DNA of 64,000 bases, taken from IMG/VR virus record IMGVR_UViG_3300006175_000004, positions 10,109-74,108 of that record, one strand, 5' to 3'. The notes under the pieces were generated by a model. That model saw only the letters and a program-made list of their open reading frames with translations. It searched no databases and had not been told where the DNA came from. The DNA comes from a virus. Of this stretch, positions 55,244 through 64,000 are shown in pieces (the first letter of the stretch is position 1; each line of letters begins with the position of its first letter). The position numbers and the translations under genes are program-made.

Positions 55244-57039
55244 TGCATTTCGACTCCCTTGCTAGATTTTTCCACCACCAATGTTTTGTCGAAGTCGCCC
55301 TTGTCCAAGGAATGATGATCGACGAAGAATATCGCCCGCTTCAATTCCAAGGCCCGTTCGCGCAAGTGACCAATCAGATCGTCGATCCCTTCGGGCGATA
55401 ATCCACGCGTCGGCTCGTCAAGGATTTCAATGTTGGGCTGCAATCCCGCCCGCGACAGCAACACTTCAGACAGGGCAAAGGCGACGGCCAATTGCCAACG
55501 CTGTGATTCCCCGCCGCTATAGCTTTTCCACCGCACTGGCTCATTCTGATCGGGCGGATATAGCAGCACCGAGAAAGATGGCGTCACATTCCCGCCCTTG
55601 CTTTCCTTTTCGGTATCGAACTTCACGCCCCAATCTTCGAGGCCAAGCATGGCAGCGTGCCGGGCTGCCGACATTTCCAGTTCAAGCAGCACATTGTCGA
55701 TGATCGACAAGCGGATTTCACGGAACCCTTCCTGCCAGAATTTGTATTGCTCAGCCTGCTCGCGGAATCTGCCGATCACTTCGTCCTTGACTGATATCAG
55801 TTTCCGCAATTTGGCGCGGCGATTGATCTGCACTTCCCTTTCATCATCAAAGTGGTCGGTCAGCTTCTTGACCCTTTCAATATCATCGCGGTGACCTTTG
55901 ATCTGACTGTTCAGGCTTTTCACTTCGATTTCCTGAAATGACCACTCACGCATTCGGTCGCCCCAATCCTGAAGCTTGTCATTCAAGGCAGCGTGCCGAT
56001 CAGCCGCTGCCTTTGACTCGGCTTCCTGATCACGGTGTAATTCCATCTCGGCCTTGTAATCCCTTTCAATCTGCCGGTGCTCATCAAGCAGATGCTTGCG
56101 CGTTACCGGCTGACCACAGGCCGGGCATTTGGCGCTGTCTGATTTCAGGGCCTTGCTCAATGCCTTCGTTCGACCAAGCAAATGTTCGAGATCGGCGTTA
56201 CTCGCCGCAGCATCTTTGATACAGGCGTCAAGGTCTTCGCGGGCTGCAGCCAATTGCTTCAACAGCTTCTTGTGCAAATCAGGGTCAGGCTTCTTCAGGA
56301 CAGGCAGCCCGGCCAATTTGTCTTTCGCGGATCGCAACAGCTTCCTGATGGCTGCAAGCTGCTGATCGCGGTCGGCTTCAAATGATTCGCGCCTTTCCTT
56401 GATTCGCTGCAAGGCGGATTCCACTTCGACCAATGCGGCGCTGTGTGCGACCTTTTCCGCTTCTTCGGCAGCAATAGCCTTGTCGCATTCCTTTACCGCT
56501 TCAGTGGCTCGCCCGGCTGCATCGATGCACCAATCCAAATTCAGGGCATCCGTGAACATCTTCGCCTGCGGCTCAGCATCAAGGTCAAGGAACAGCGAGC
56601 CAAACTGCGCAAGCAAAATGGTGCGCCGGAACAATTCTTCAGACATGCCGATCAGCGCCGGGATTTGATCCTGCGTGACTTCCTTGGGGCCTTCGCCCTT
56701 CCTTTCATGCTGAAGCACATTCGGGTTTCTTGCCCGCGTGATGAACTGGTTCACACCGTCGCGGGTGAAGGCCAAGCGCACCTGCGTATATTCCTTCGAT
56801 CCCCACGGCTGAATGGCGGCAGCCGGGCGAGCATCGCGGCCCGTCTTCCCCCACAGCACCCACATCAGGCAGTCCCAAATGGTCGACTTGCCCACGCCAT
56901 TCGCACCAAGTTCAGGATCAATCTTATTGACCCCGGTCACGTAGTACAGGCCGGGATGCGGATCGAGCTTGATGATGTGCTTACCAACAAGGGCTTTGAA
57001 ATCCTTGACCCACATTGTGTGGAATTGCAGACCGCTCAT
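55234..57039 (-). CDS. Rad50/SbcC/gp46-like ABC ATPase
   Basis: GANGVGKS, zinc hook CPAC, SGGESQR, ILDEP. Confidence 0.93.
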   Translation of the reverse strand: MSGLQFHTMWVKDFKALVGKHIIKLDPHPGLYYVTGVNKIDPELGANGVGKSTIWDCLMWVLWGKTGRDARPAAAIQPWGSKEYTQVRLAFTRDGVNQFITRARNPNVLQHERKGEGPKEVTQDQIPALIGMSEELFRRTILLAQFGSLFLDLDAEPQAKMFTDALNLDWCIDAAGRATEAVKECDKAIAAEEAEKVAHSAALVEVESALQRIKERRESFEADRDQQLAAIRKLLRSAKDKLAGLPVLKKPDPDLHKKLLKQLAAAREDLDACIKDAAASNADLEHLLGRTKALSKALKSDSAKCPACGQPVTRKHLLDEHRQIERDYKAEMELHRDQEAESKAAADRHAALNDKLQDWGDRMREWSFQEIEVKSLNSQIKGHRDDIERVKKLTDHFDDEREVQINRRAKLRKLISVKDEVIGRFREQAEQYKFWQEGFREIRLSIIDNVLLELEMSAARHAAMLGLEDWGVKFDTEKESKGGNVTPSFSVLLYPPDQNEPVRWKSYSGGESQRWQLAVAFALSEVLLSRAGLQPNIEILDEPTRGLSPEGIDDLIGHLRERALELKRAIFFVDHHSLDKGDFDKTLVVEKSSKGVEMQWV

Positions 57040-57377
57040 TGTGCTACCTTTCGTTTACTATCGGCAGCCGGAATCAAATTTGCTTCTACCAATAATTCGC
57101 ACATAAGTTCCCCCGGACGAGTCAACTTCGCATAGTTGTGACCCGGCGGTGCCGTGCTGGAACAAGCGGCGGCATCAATCCACACCAATCCCCGTCGATG
57201 CAGCGCGGATAGGACCGTCGTTTCAATAAAGTGGCTTCCGCTTCGAACAAGTGACAGACCTTCGATCATGTTTCGTGAAAGCGAAATTTGGAAAGCAACG
57301 CTTTGCACATGAGCGGCAAAAATTGCCCGCGCTTCCGATTCCCGATGCTTTTTTAATTTGTCAGAAAAATCGCTCAT
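57036..57377 (-). CDS. hypothetical protein
   Basis: Coupled ORF. Confidence 0.6.
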   Translation of the reverse strand: MSDFSDKLKKHRESEARAIFAAHVQSVAFQISLSRNMIEGLSLVRSGSHFIETTVLSALHRRGLVWIDAAACSSTAPPGHNYAKLTRPGELMCELLVEANLIPAADSKRKVAQ

Positions 57378-57580
57378 TGTTCGTGCACCTTGTCATGTTC
57401 CAAACGACATTCCTTCTTGCCACAGATGTGAACGGTTTTATTGCCACCACTATCAATGGCACAATCTGAACACGCCAAGGCTGTCGGATCACCACAAACC
57501 GAACATGGGTAGGAAGTTTGTGGGCATCTGATCGAACCGTAGTGGGTTCCGCCGCAATGCGGGCAATCCTTGATGGTCAT
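57374..57580 (-). CDS. Cys-rich zinc-finger protein
   Basis: CPHC, CSVC, CSDC, C...C..H. Confidence 0.65.
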   Translation of the reverse strand: MTIKDCPHCGGTHYGSIRCPQTSYPCSVCGDPTALACSDCAIDSGGNKTVHICGKKECRLEHDKVHEQ

Positions 57581-57825
57581 CGTGGCCACCGCCTGCTGAT
57601 CATATTGGGCTTCGCTTCGCGCACAGCAGCAATGAATTCTTCGCGGTCTTCCTTGCTGGTGAAATACAGGCACAGCGGAACCGAGTCGCCCAACTTCTCA
57701 TCAGCAGCCCGGCCAATTTCAGAAACCACAAAAGCCATCAGATCGTCCACCGGCGATCCCTGCCGCAGCATCGCATCCCGCGACATGTCTTGGTATTGCT
57801 TTTTGCATCGGTCGCGAAGTGTCAT
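57577..57825 (-). CDS. hypothetical protein
   Basis: Coupled ORF. Confidence 0.65.
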   Translation of the reverse strand: MTLRDRCKKQYQDMSRDAMLRQGSPVDDLMAFVVSEIGRAADEKLGDSVPLCLYFTSKEDREEFIAAVREAKPNMISRRWPR

Positions 57826-58022
57826 CAGTATCCCTCATCCGTCGCACGGGCGATCTGTGCCTGAATCATCAATTCGATGGTCTTTTCTTCGTCCGGCTCA
57901 AGCGGCCCGTTCGCCTTTGTCCATTCAGCGGCCCGTTCAATCTTGTCGGTGATATCTTCAAGACCGCTGATCAATGTCCACCCGCTGACAATTTCCCTGA
58001 ATGCGTCTCTCATTGTGGGCAC
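57825..58022 (-). CDS. hypothetical protein
   Basis: Coupled ORF. Confidence 0.6.
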   Translation of the reverse strand: MPTMRDAFREIVSGWTLISGLEDITDKIERAAEWTKANGPLEPDEEKTIELMIQAQIARATDEGY

Positions 58023-58372
58023 GGCTTTCCGGTAACGCGTTGATAAAGCGAAGCGGCATTCAGTCGCTCGCCTTCAAAGTTGCTGTTCTTCGCGATGTTG
58101 ATCAGCCGGTTCAGAAACTCCGGGGTGGTCTGCTTCGATACCGCCGCTTGCTCGCCATACAATCGTTCAAGCACGACAATCGCCAATTGTGCATCGGCGT
58201 CACTGATTTCAATTCGCTTACCGCCGCGTCGCTTTTCGTCGACCCCGGCTTCGATGTAGCAGACAGCGAAAGTGGTTTGATCATGGAACTTCTCAATCAG
58301 CAGCCACGGCCCCGGATGCCTTCGCTTCGGTGGGATGGCGGGCTTCGGTGGTGGCGCGGTCACATCAGTCAT
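58010..58372 (-). CDS. hypothetical protein
   Basis: AAAGGAG RBS. Confidence 0.65.
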   Translation of the reverse strand: MTDVTAPPPKPAIPPKRRHPGPWLLIEKFHDQTTFAVCYIEAGVDEKRRGGKRIEISDADAQLAIVVLERLYGEQAAVSKQTTPEFLNRLINIAKNSNFEGERLNAASLYQRVTGKPCPQ

Positions 58373-58373
58373 T

Positions 58374-59393
58374 TCAATCTCCTTTCAGTAGGGCTTGCCC
58401 GGCCTTCAACAGCGCCGGGGAAAGCTTCTTCGATTTGGCATAGGCCGCTAGGGCTTCCATCGGCTGAATCGCCGCTCCTGCCCCGGATTCGACGCCTGCA
58501 TTGGCCTTTTTAGGGGCCAAATCCGGGGCAGCTATCATTTCAGGGCCGAACAGCTCGATATCGGCCCCGGCTGCCAATCGGGCGACGTTGGCCCGGATTG
58601 CTTTCCACTCGTGGAACTGGCTTCGCTTCAGATGGACGCGCACCTTCACCTGATCATGCGGATCGATCCCCTGCTGATCGCAAGACAAGTCGAATTCCTT
58701 TTCGATGTTCACGCCCTGCAAATCGACCACGTGCTTCTGCTTGGTGCGGAAGTGCAGGTCTTTCGTCGCGCCCCGATCATCAATCAGCAGCACACGCGGC
58801 TCGAAGTCATCCCCGAAGCGCACGCGATAGGGCGCACCGACATAGGTAATCTTTTTGCTGACATCCTGCGGGGCATGGACATCCCCCGAATAGACATGAC
58901 CAAGAATGCGGGCGAAGAATGACGGCGGTATTCCTTCCAAGCGGAAACCGGTTTCGCTTTTTGCCCCATCGAATGTTTGGTGACAGAAGATCAGGTCCGG
59001 TTTGTCGAAGTTGATCCCCTTCCACGCTTCCTCATAATTCCGGGTATTCGGCAGAAACATGCACTGGTCCAATTCCATCGGCCCGATCAGAAAGGTCAGG
59101 TTTTGAATTTCATTCACGAAGCCGAAGAAGGGTTCAGCTTCATCAATGTAATCGTGATTGCCCCGCAAGATTACCACCGGCGCTGCCTGCCCCACGGCTG
59201 CGGTTTCATTCACGAAGCGATTGACAAGCTTGGATGGGTGGCGATCTTTTGAGTTGGTGATATCCCCGCCTAAGACGATCATGTGGGCTTTGTATTTCTT
59301 CGCCTGCTTGATCAGCCAAGGGAACAGCCCGAAGCGGTGTTCATCTTCGGGCTTATCGGTCAGGTGCAAATCGGCGGTGAACAGGATGCTCAT
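58374..59393 (-). CDS. Mre11/SbcD/gp47-like nuclease
   Basis: ADLH, GGDI, GNHD, CHQ, SGDVH metallophosphoesterase motifs. Confidence 0.92.
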   Translation of the reverse strand: MSILFTADLHLTDKPEDEHRFGLFPWLIKQAKKYKAHMIVLGGDITNSKDRHPSKLVNRFVNETAAVGQAAPVVILRGNHDYIDEAEPFFGFVNEIQNLTFLIGPMELDQCMFLPNTRNYEEAWKGINFDKPDLIFCHQTFDGAKSETGFRLEGIPPSFFARILGHVYSGDVHAPQDVSKKITYVGAPYRVRFGDDFEPRVLLIDDRGATKDLHFRTKQKHVVDLQGVNIEKEFDLSCDQQGIDPHDQVKVRVHLKRSQFHEWKAIRANVARLAAGADIELFGPEMIAAPDLAPKKANAGVESGAGAAIQPMEALAAYAKSKKLSPALLKAGQALLKGD

Positions 59394-59572
59394 TTGGGTT
59401 TCTTACTCCCATCACAAAGGTGGAGTGCGTTCTTGTGGTAGATACCGCAGCCCGGACAGCGATCTTCCTGCTTAATGGGTTCCGATTTAGGCTTGCGAAC
59501 GCGGCTACCACCGGGGCCTAAATGATCCCGTTGGTGCTTATAAAGACCAGTCAAATTCCAACGCCGTGTCAT
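59390..59572 (-). CDS. small zinc-finger-like protein
   Basis: CPGCG..H....H.C. Confidence 0.55.
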   Translation of the reverse strand: MTRRWNLTGLYKHQRDHLGPGGSRVRKPKSEPIKQEDRCPGCGIYHKNALHLCDGSKKPK

Positions 59573-60117
59573 CGGCGGGTACCGTAGCCGATGCAGCGCT
59601 CGAAGTCGAATACCGCAGCCTTCAGCTTGAAGCTGTCGAGCAGCGGAAGACTGCCCACTTTGTATTTTTCATGCAGCAAAAGATGCCCTTTCCATTCCAT
59701 CAGAAGCAGCGTGCGCGTGCGGTTTTCCCTTGCGATCATCATGGGGTGCTTCTTGTGCCGGATCGCATCCCGGCAGGTCCGCTTCCAAAAGGCAGCCAAT
59801 CGCCCGGTGCCCGCAAGCAGCCCACCCTGAATGTCCAAGCTTTTGTAGAACTTGCATTCGATCAGGAAGCGGTCAGCCAGCCAATTGCCTGCGGGATGAA
59901 TGGCGCAAATGTCACCGGCCATGCTGGAATCGCCTTTCTTCATCTGCCGGTGACGAATGGTAGCCCGCCCGCCTGATGATGCAGATCGCCAAAAGACAGT
60001 CTCGTCCGATCCGGGCAAGACCATGCGGGAAAGCTTCTTGCATACATCCCGCTCGAATTGACCACCCTTTTGGGCACCGCGACTACCTTTCTTCTTCCTA
60101 GTTCGCTTGGTCGCCAT
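59569..60117 (-). CDS. Hjc-type Holliday junction resolvase
   Basis: KGGQFER, RSASSGG, GDI, IECK (PD-(D/E)xK). Confidence 0.8.
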   Translation of the reverse strand: MATKRTRKKKGSRGAQKGGQFERDVCKKLSRMVLPGSDETVFWRSASSGGRATIRHRQMKKGDSSMAGDICAIHPAGNWLADRFLIECKFYKSLDIQGGLLAGTGRLAAFWKRTCRDAIRHKKHPMMIARENRTRTLLLMEWKGHLLLHEKYKVGSLPLLDSFKLKAAVFDFERCIGYGTRR

Positions 60118-61156
60118 CGTCTTCCTCATATTTGCGACGGGTGGGCAACAGATCGGTTTGCACCGAAGCCCACGCTTTCCGCAGGCCGGGCTCCAATTCC
60201 CGCCGCTTCTGATTCAGCTTGGTTGTGGTCCAATCAATCGAAGCATCAAGCAGGTCTTCAGCCTTCGCCGTAGAAAGCCCGGCGACCTTTGTGCGCTTCG
60301 CCTTCAGCAACCATTCGAGCGCGGCCTGATAATCTTCCACGCCATACCCGAACCTGATGACAAATTCGCAATCACGGAAAGCCTGCCCGATCTTGTTCTT
60401 GATGCACTTGGCCTTAATGCGGATTGCAACCGCTGCCTTGATCCCGCCCACGGTTCGAGTGATGGTTTTCAGATGCGACAACATCACCCGCTGTGACGAA
60501 TAGAATTCCAAAGCCTTCCCGCCACCGACTGACACCTTTTCACCGAACCGCGCCCCGATCTTGGTGCGGACTTGCGATACGATCATCAGGTGCACGTCGC
60601 TATATTCGACATCGGTAATCAGCCGTCGAAACAGCTCACCCAGCTTCTTCTGCTTTTCCATGCCATAGGTTTCTTCGTCGATCTTCCGACGCAGCTCGGC
60701 TTCAGATGGCAAGGCATCAAGCGAATCAACTATGTACAGGCCCGGAGCACAATCGCCCTTCGCCTGCTTCAAGCAATCAGACAGATCATCGAACATGTCT
60801 TCGATGGTCCGCACTTTCCGTCGCTTGGTCTTCTTGTCGATCCCGAAGTCCACCCGGTGCAGCGGCATTCCCAACGCCTGCGCGTAAGCAGGATCAAATG
60901 CAGCTTCTGCTTCCCTATACCAAATCGGTCCCATGTATGTTCGAGCGAAATTGGTGCAAGCTTCGATTGCGACCAATGTCTTGCCCGTGCTTTTGTCACC
61001 GATGATGTTTGAGACCCTGCCCAAGGGCCAACCGCCTGATACTACCAAGTCCAGTAGCAGGCAGCCGGAAGATATGAAACGGTAGCTGGTGGTGGGCGAA
61101 GCAAAGTACAGCCCACCACCATTTGCTTCCGATTTCGGGCGAGCCCGTTCAATCAC
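60098..61156 (-). CDS. RecA/UvsX-like recombinase
   Basis: SSGCLLLD, GDKSTGKT, IVDSL, SQVR, GGKALEFYSS, KNKI. Confidence 0.93.
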   Translation of the reverse strand: MIERARPKSEANGGGLYFASPTTSYRFISSGCLLLDLVVSGGWPLGRVSNIIGDKSTGKTLVAIEACTNFARTYMGPIWYREAEAAFDPAYAQALGMPLHRVDFGIDKKTKRRKVRTIEDMFDDLSDCLKQAKGDCAPGLYIVDSLDALPSEAELRRKIDEETYGMEKQKKLGELFRRLITDVEYSDVHLMIVSQVRTKIGARFGEKVSVGGGKALEFYSSQRVMLSHLKTITRTVGGIKAAVAIRIKAKCIKNKIGQAFRDCEFVIRFGYGVEDYQAALEWLLKAKRTKVAGLSTAKAEDLLDASIDWTTTKLNQKRRELEPGLRKAWASVQTDLLPTRRKYEEDDGDQAN

Positions 61157-62636
61157 GCGCTTTGCCTTTCATCTTTTCCAAAGCCTTCCGTGCCCGCGCT
61201 GTTGGCGGCTCCTTGTCGTCGTCGTCATCGTCGTCTTTCGCCGGGGCGCGACGCTTCCCTTTGTCAAAAGGGATTTCATCGTCATCGTCGTCGGCGGGCT
61301 TCTTCTTGCGACGGGAAGACCGGTCATCGTCGTCGTCATCCGTTCGGTCCCGATCCGCAGACGAGGCACCCCCACTTCGTGGCTTCCGGCGCTCCGCAGA
61401 CCCCGCACGTGAAGGGCGGTCGTCATCTTCTTCTTCCTCTTCGTTGCGCCGACCGCGCTTGGGCTTCCGATCATCGTCATCGTCGTCATCGTCAGCCTTC
61501 TTTTTCTTTCGGGTACTGCGATCATCGTCGTCATCGTCGTCATCCCGTGCGGGCTTCCGGCGCGTGGTACGATCATCATCGTCGTCCTCGTCTTCCTTGG
61601 GCTTCCTACGCTTCGGGCGATCATCACCATCGTCGTCTTCGTCTTCCTTGGGCTTGCGCTTGCGGGGCTGATCGTCGTCATCGTCGTCGTCCTTGGGCTT
61701 CTTCGGACGGCGACGGGTATCAGCATCGTCGTCATCCGCTTCAGCCTTGCGCGATCTGCGACCCGATGATCTATCGTCATCGTCGTCGTCCTCGTCTTCC
61801 TTGGGCTTCCGCCTACGGGAAGACCGATCATCGTCGTCGTCTTCTTCTTCAGCCTTGGCCCGCTTACCACGGGTTGGGCGGTCGTCTTCTTCTTCTTCTT
61901 CGTCCTTGTCCTTCTTGCTTCCAGCCGTACCCATGAAGATTTTTTCCAGATATTTACCATCGTGGAAGATCAGCAAGTCGGGGATCGGACTTTCGCTGAT
62001 GAAGTCAAGCCACGCTTCCTGACGCGATTCCTTTTCAGACAGCGGGCTTGGCGACCGGTCAATGTCCACCGCTTTGTATTCGGTGTTTTCCATTGTGGTG
62101 CCGACCCTGCGGAAGCTGATGTCGTATCCTTGTTCTGGATCATCGATCAGCAGCATCTCGCCGGTCTTCTGATCTTCCGACCGCATTTGCAAATCGGTTT
62201 CGATCTTCACACCCAATCGCCAAATCTGCGGCCCGGCCTTTTCATCCTTGCGATTGATGACAAAAGCCAACCGCTGCGATTGCGCACGCAGCTTCTTCTT
62301 CGCCTTTTCGTCTTCTTCCTGTGCGTAGGCATCGCAAATCGGGCACCAGTCATCCTCTGCGTGCTTCCACTTCGGGTAATGCTTCGCCATCGATGCAGGG
62401 CACAGGTAGGACGAATTGTCCGGGCCGACACCGCGATGGATATATACCGTCAAGGCCCAATTGTCGCCCCACAGCTTCTTGTCCCATGAATAGGGCATGA
62501 TGCGAAGGGACATGTGACCTTCTGGTATCTTCAGCTTCGGAGCCTTGTCTGACAGGAAGCTGTCAAAGTCACCCGATTGCTGCTGCCGGGATTTGACAGT
62601 TTCGTCAGATCGCCCGCCGTACTTGAACTTGCTCAT
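61149..62636 (-). CDS. gp32-like ssDNA-binding protein with very long charged tail
   Basis: LRIMP, CPIC, DPEQGYDISF...TEY; next to UvsX/UvsY-like genes. Confidence 0.8.
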   Translation of the reverse strand: MSKFKYGGRSDETVKSRQQQSGDFDSFLSDKAPKLKIPEGHMSLRIMPYSWDKKLWGDNWALTVYIHRGVGPDNSSYLCPASMAKHYPKWKHAEDDWCPICDAYAQEEDEKAKKKLRAQSQRLAFVINRKDEKAGPQIWRLGVKIETDLQMRSEDQKTGEMLLIDDPEQGYDISFRRVGTTMENTEYKAVDIDRSPSPLSEKESRQEAWLDFISESPIPDLLIFHDGKYLEKIFMGTAGSKKDKDEEEEEDDRPTRGKRAKAEEEDDDDDRSSRRRKPKEDEDDDDDDRSSGRRSRKAEADDDDADTRRRPKKPKDDDDDDDQPRKRKPKEDEDDDGDDRPKRRKPKEDEDDDDDRTTRRKPARDDDDDDDDRSTRKKKKADDDDDDDDRKPKRGRRNEEEEEDDDRPSRAGSAERRKPRSGGASSADRDRTDDDDDDRSSRRKKKPADDDDDEIPFDKGKRRAPAKDDDDDDDKEPPTARARKALEKMKGKARD

Positions 62637-62815
62637 GCTGCTTCATCTCCATTTCCGTTGAAAAAATCTGCTTCATTCAAGTCAATGCTTGCCACCCGCT
62701 TCAAATGCTCTTCACGCTCACGGAAGTACCGCCGGGAAGCGAACCCTACCCAAATGTACGCACCCGATCCCAAAAGGATCAGAAGTAAGATCACGGCAAT
62801 TCCGTCAATCCACAT
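62633..62815 (-). CDS. small single-TM protein
   Basis: N-terminal hydrophobic helix; AAAGGA RBS. Confidence 0.65.
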   Translation of the reverse strand: MWIDGIAVILLLILLGSGAYIWVGFASRRYFREREEHLKRVASIDLNEADFFNGNGDEAA

Positions 62816-62832
62816 GACACAATTCCTTTCTT

Positions 62833-63375
62833 TTACCGCCGACGCGGTCGGCTTTCTTCGCGCTCAGAATCAGGGCGACGATCCCGCATCGCTTCGGATC
62901 GTCTGTCCCTGATCCTGTCGGCTTCGGCTTCCGAATGCTTTTTCTGTGACGATCCCATCATCGACTTGCTCCAATAGCCTGCGACGAAGCTTTGAATCAG
63001 ATCACGGATCATCCATCCCCGCTGTGAGTATTCTTCGCGCAGGGCACCCCACATTCCGACCGACAGATTGGCAGCGATTAGCTGCTTTTTCAGATCGACG
63101 ATCTTGGGGGTGATTTCAATTTCCCGATCCACCGATTTGTCAGTGGCCTTTTCCCCGGCCTTGGCAGCATCCGACCGATATTGTCCATCAAGTTCTGCAA
63201 TGGTCTGTTCGATCTTCAACTTCAATTCATCGCGGCGGGATTTTTCCAATTCTGACCGCTCGGCAACTGCCAAGGAATAGGTCAGTTGTCGCTCGGCCAT
63301 TTCGGTGTCGAGATCGTGCTTGTCGATCTTCAACCGCTCCTTGTAAAGCTTCAGGTCATTCGTTTCATTTACCAT
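62833..63375 (-). CDS. UvsY-like recombination mediator
   Basis: LKIDKHDLD helical protein, K.TDK.V motif; upstream of SSB and recombinase. Confidence 0.6.
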   Translation of the reverse strand: MVNETNDLKLYKERLKIDKHDLDTEMAERQLTYSLAVAERSELEKSRRDELKLKIEQTIAELDGQYRSDAAKAGEKATDKSVDREIEITPKIVDLKKQLIAANLSVGMWGALREEYSQRGWMIRDLIQSFVAGYWSKSMMGSSQKKHSEAEADRIRDRRSEAMRDRRPDSEREESRPRRR

Positions 63376-63423
63376 TTGGGTGCCTTTCCTTTCTTGCCTC
63401 ACTTCAACATACGATGGGTATTT

Positions 63424-63999
63424 TCAGCCATGCACTAGCTTGCCTACAGCCAACAAAACCGGGGCTATTCCGTTGCTCGAATGGAAAGGCACCGAAAAGG
63501 CATCCAATACCGCAAGTAACGATGCCTGATTCTTTGATTTGGGATTCAGCAGCACCGCGGTAACATAAGCCTGCACCGTATGCCGGATCGATTCGGGATT
63601 TTCGCCCTTCAGCCCGCCGATCAATTCAACAAGCATGGCCCAGGGCTGCCGATTGACCAAAGCCTTTGCCAGATCGATAGCGGCGGGAACTTCCACCACC
63701 CCTGATTTAAGCAGGCTGCGGGCTTCTTCCCGATTCTTGGCGGCATGGCATATCCCCAAGTTGACAAGGCCCACGCGCGGGCTTCCCAACGCGGCCTTGG
63801 CGCATACATCAAGGATGGATTCCCACTCATCGTTGCCCCGGCCCCACTTTTCAAGCTTGGCTACCTTTTCCAGCAGCCCGAATATCAGCCCTTGATCGAC
63901 AGGCGAGACACCGTAGCGGGTGCAGCGGGATTGAATGTTCGCCGGAACCTTCGCCTGATCAGTCGTGCAAAGGAAAATGTAAATCCACGGCGGTGGCTC
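63424..63999 (-). CDS. DnaX (gamma/tau)-like clamp loader subunit (5'-truncated)
   Basis: Manual translation EPPPWIYIFLCTTDQAKVPANIQSRC...GSPR (SRC motif, sensor 2); frame runs off the window. Confidence 0.85.
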   Translation of the reverse strand, partial: EPPPWIYIFLCTTDQAKVPANIQSRCTRYGVSPVDQGLIFGLLEKVAKLEKWGRGNDEWESILDVCAKAALGSPRVGLVNLGICHAAKNREEARSLLKSGVVEVPAAIDLAKALVNRQPWAMLVELIGGLKGENPESIRHTVQAYVTAVLLNPKSKNQASLLAVLDAFSVPFHSSNGIAPVLLAVGKLVHG

Positions 64000-64000
64000 T

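Noticed and set aside
61123-62022. Poly-Ser, poly-Thr/Met and Arg/His-rich ORFs (also 41436..41886)
   Set aside because: Alternative-frame or antisense readings of GAC/GAT Asp runs in the SSB and scaffold.

Overview
This window is part of a tailed dsDNA bacteriophage genome (contractile-tailed myovirus, GC-rich), truncated inside genes at both ends. A GcrA homologue points to an alphaproteobacterial host. Two gene blocks converge on a bidirectional terminator at about 14.95 kb. The plus arm (1-14.9 kb) holds a DnaB/gp41-like helicase, an SNF2 helicase, a sigma70-type promoter followed by a ~390-nt structured non-coding leader, an early operon (DUF3150-like, MoxR AAA+, metallopeptidase-VWA), a primase and a sigma-like factor. 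The minus arm (15-64 kb), in transcription order, holds a DnaX-like clamp loader, UvsY/gp32/UvsX-like proteins, a resolvase, Mre11/Rad50-like nuclease, DUF1643, MT-A70 methylase, GcrA, terminase, portal, MuF, head, neck, sheath/tube, tape measure, baseplate/fibres and lysis genes. No integrase, tRNA or CRISPR array was seen. The strongest novelty candidates are: (1) a 429-aa ORF coupled to the NUDIX-protease-scaffold gene, built from ~55-aa unrelated mini-domains separated by regular [RK]xD[AS] motifs that recur in the scaffold and portal, i.e. a probable capsid-packaged polyprotein; (2) a probable virion glycosylation/decoration system (GT2-TPR glycosyltransferase in the baseplate operon, GXT collagen mini-protein, a shared inserted beta-domain); (3) several structured non-coding RNAs. 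All family assignments are from motif recognition by eye, not database searches.
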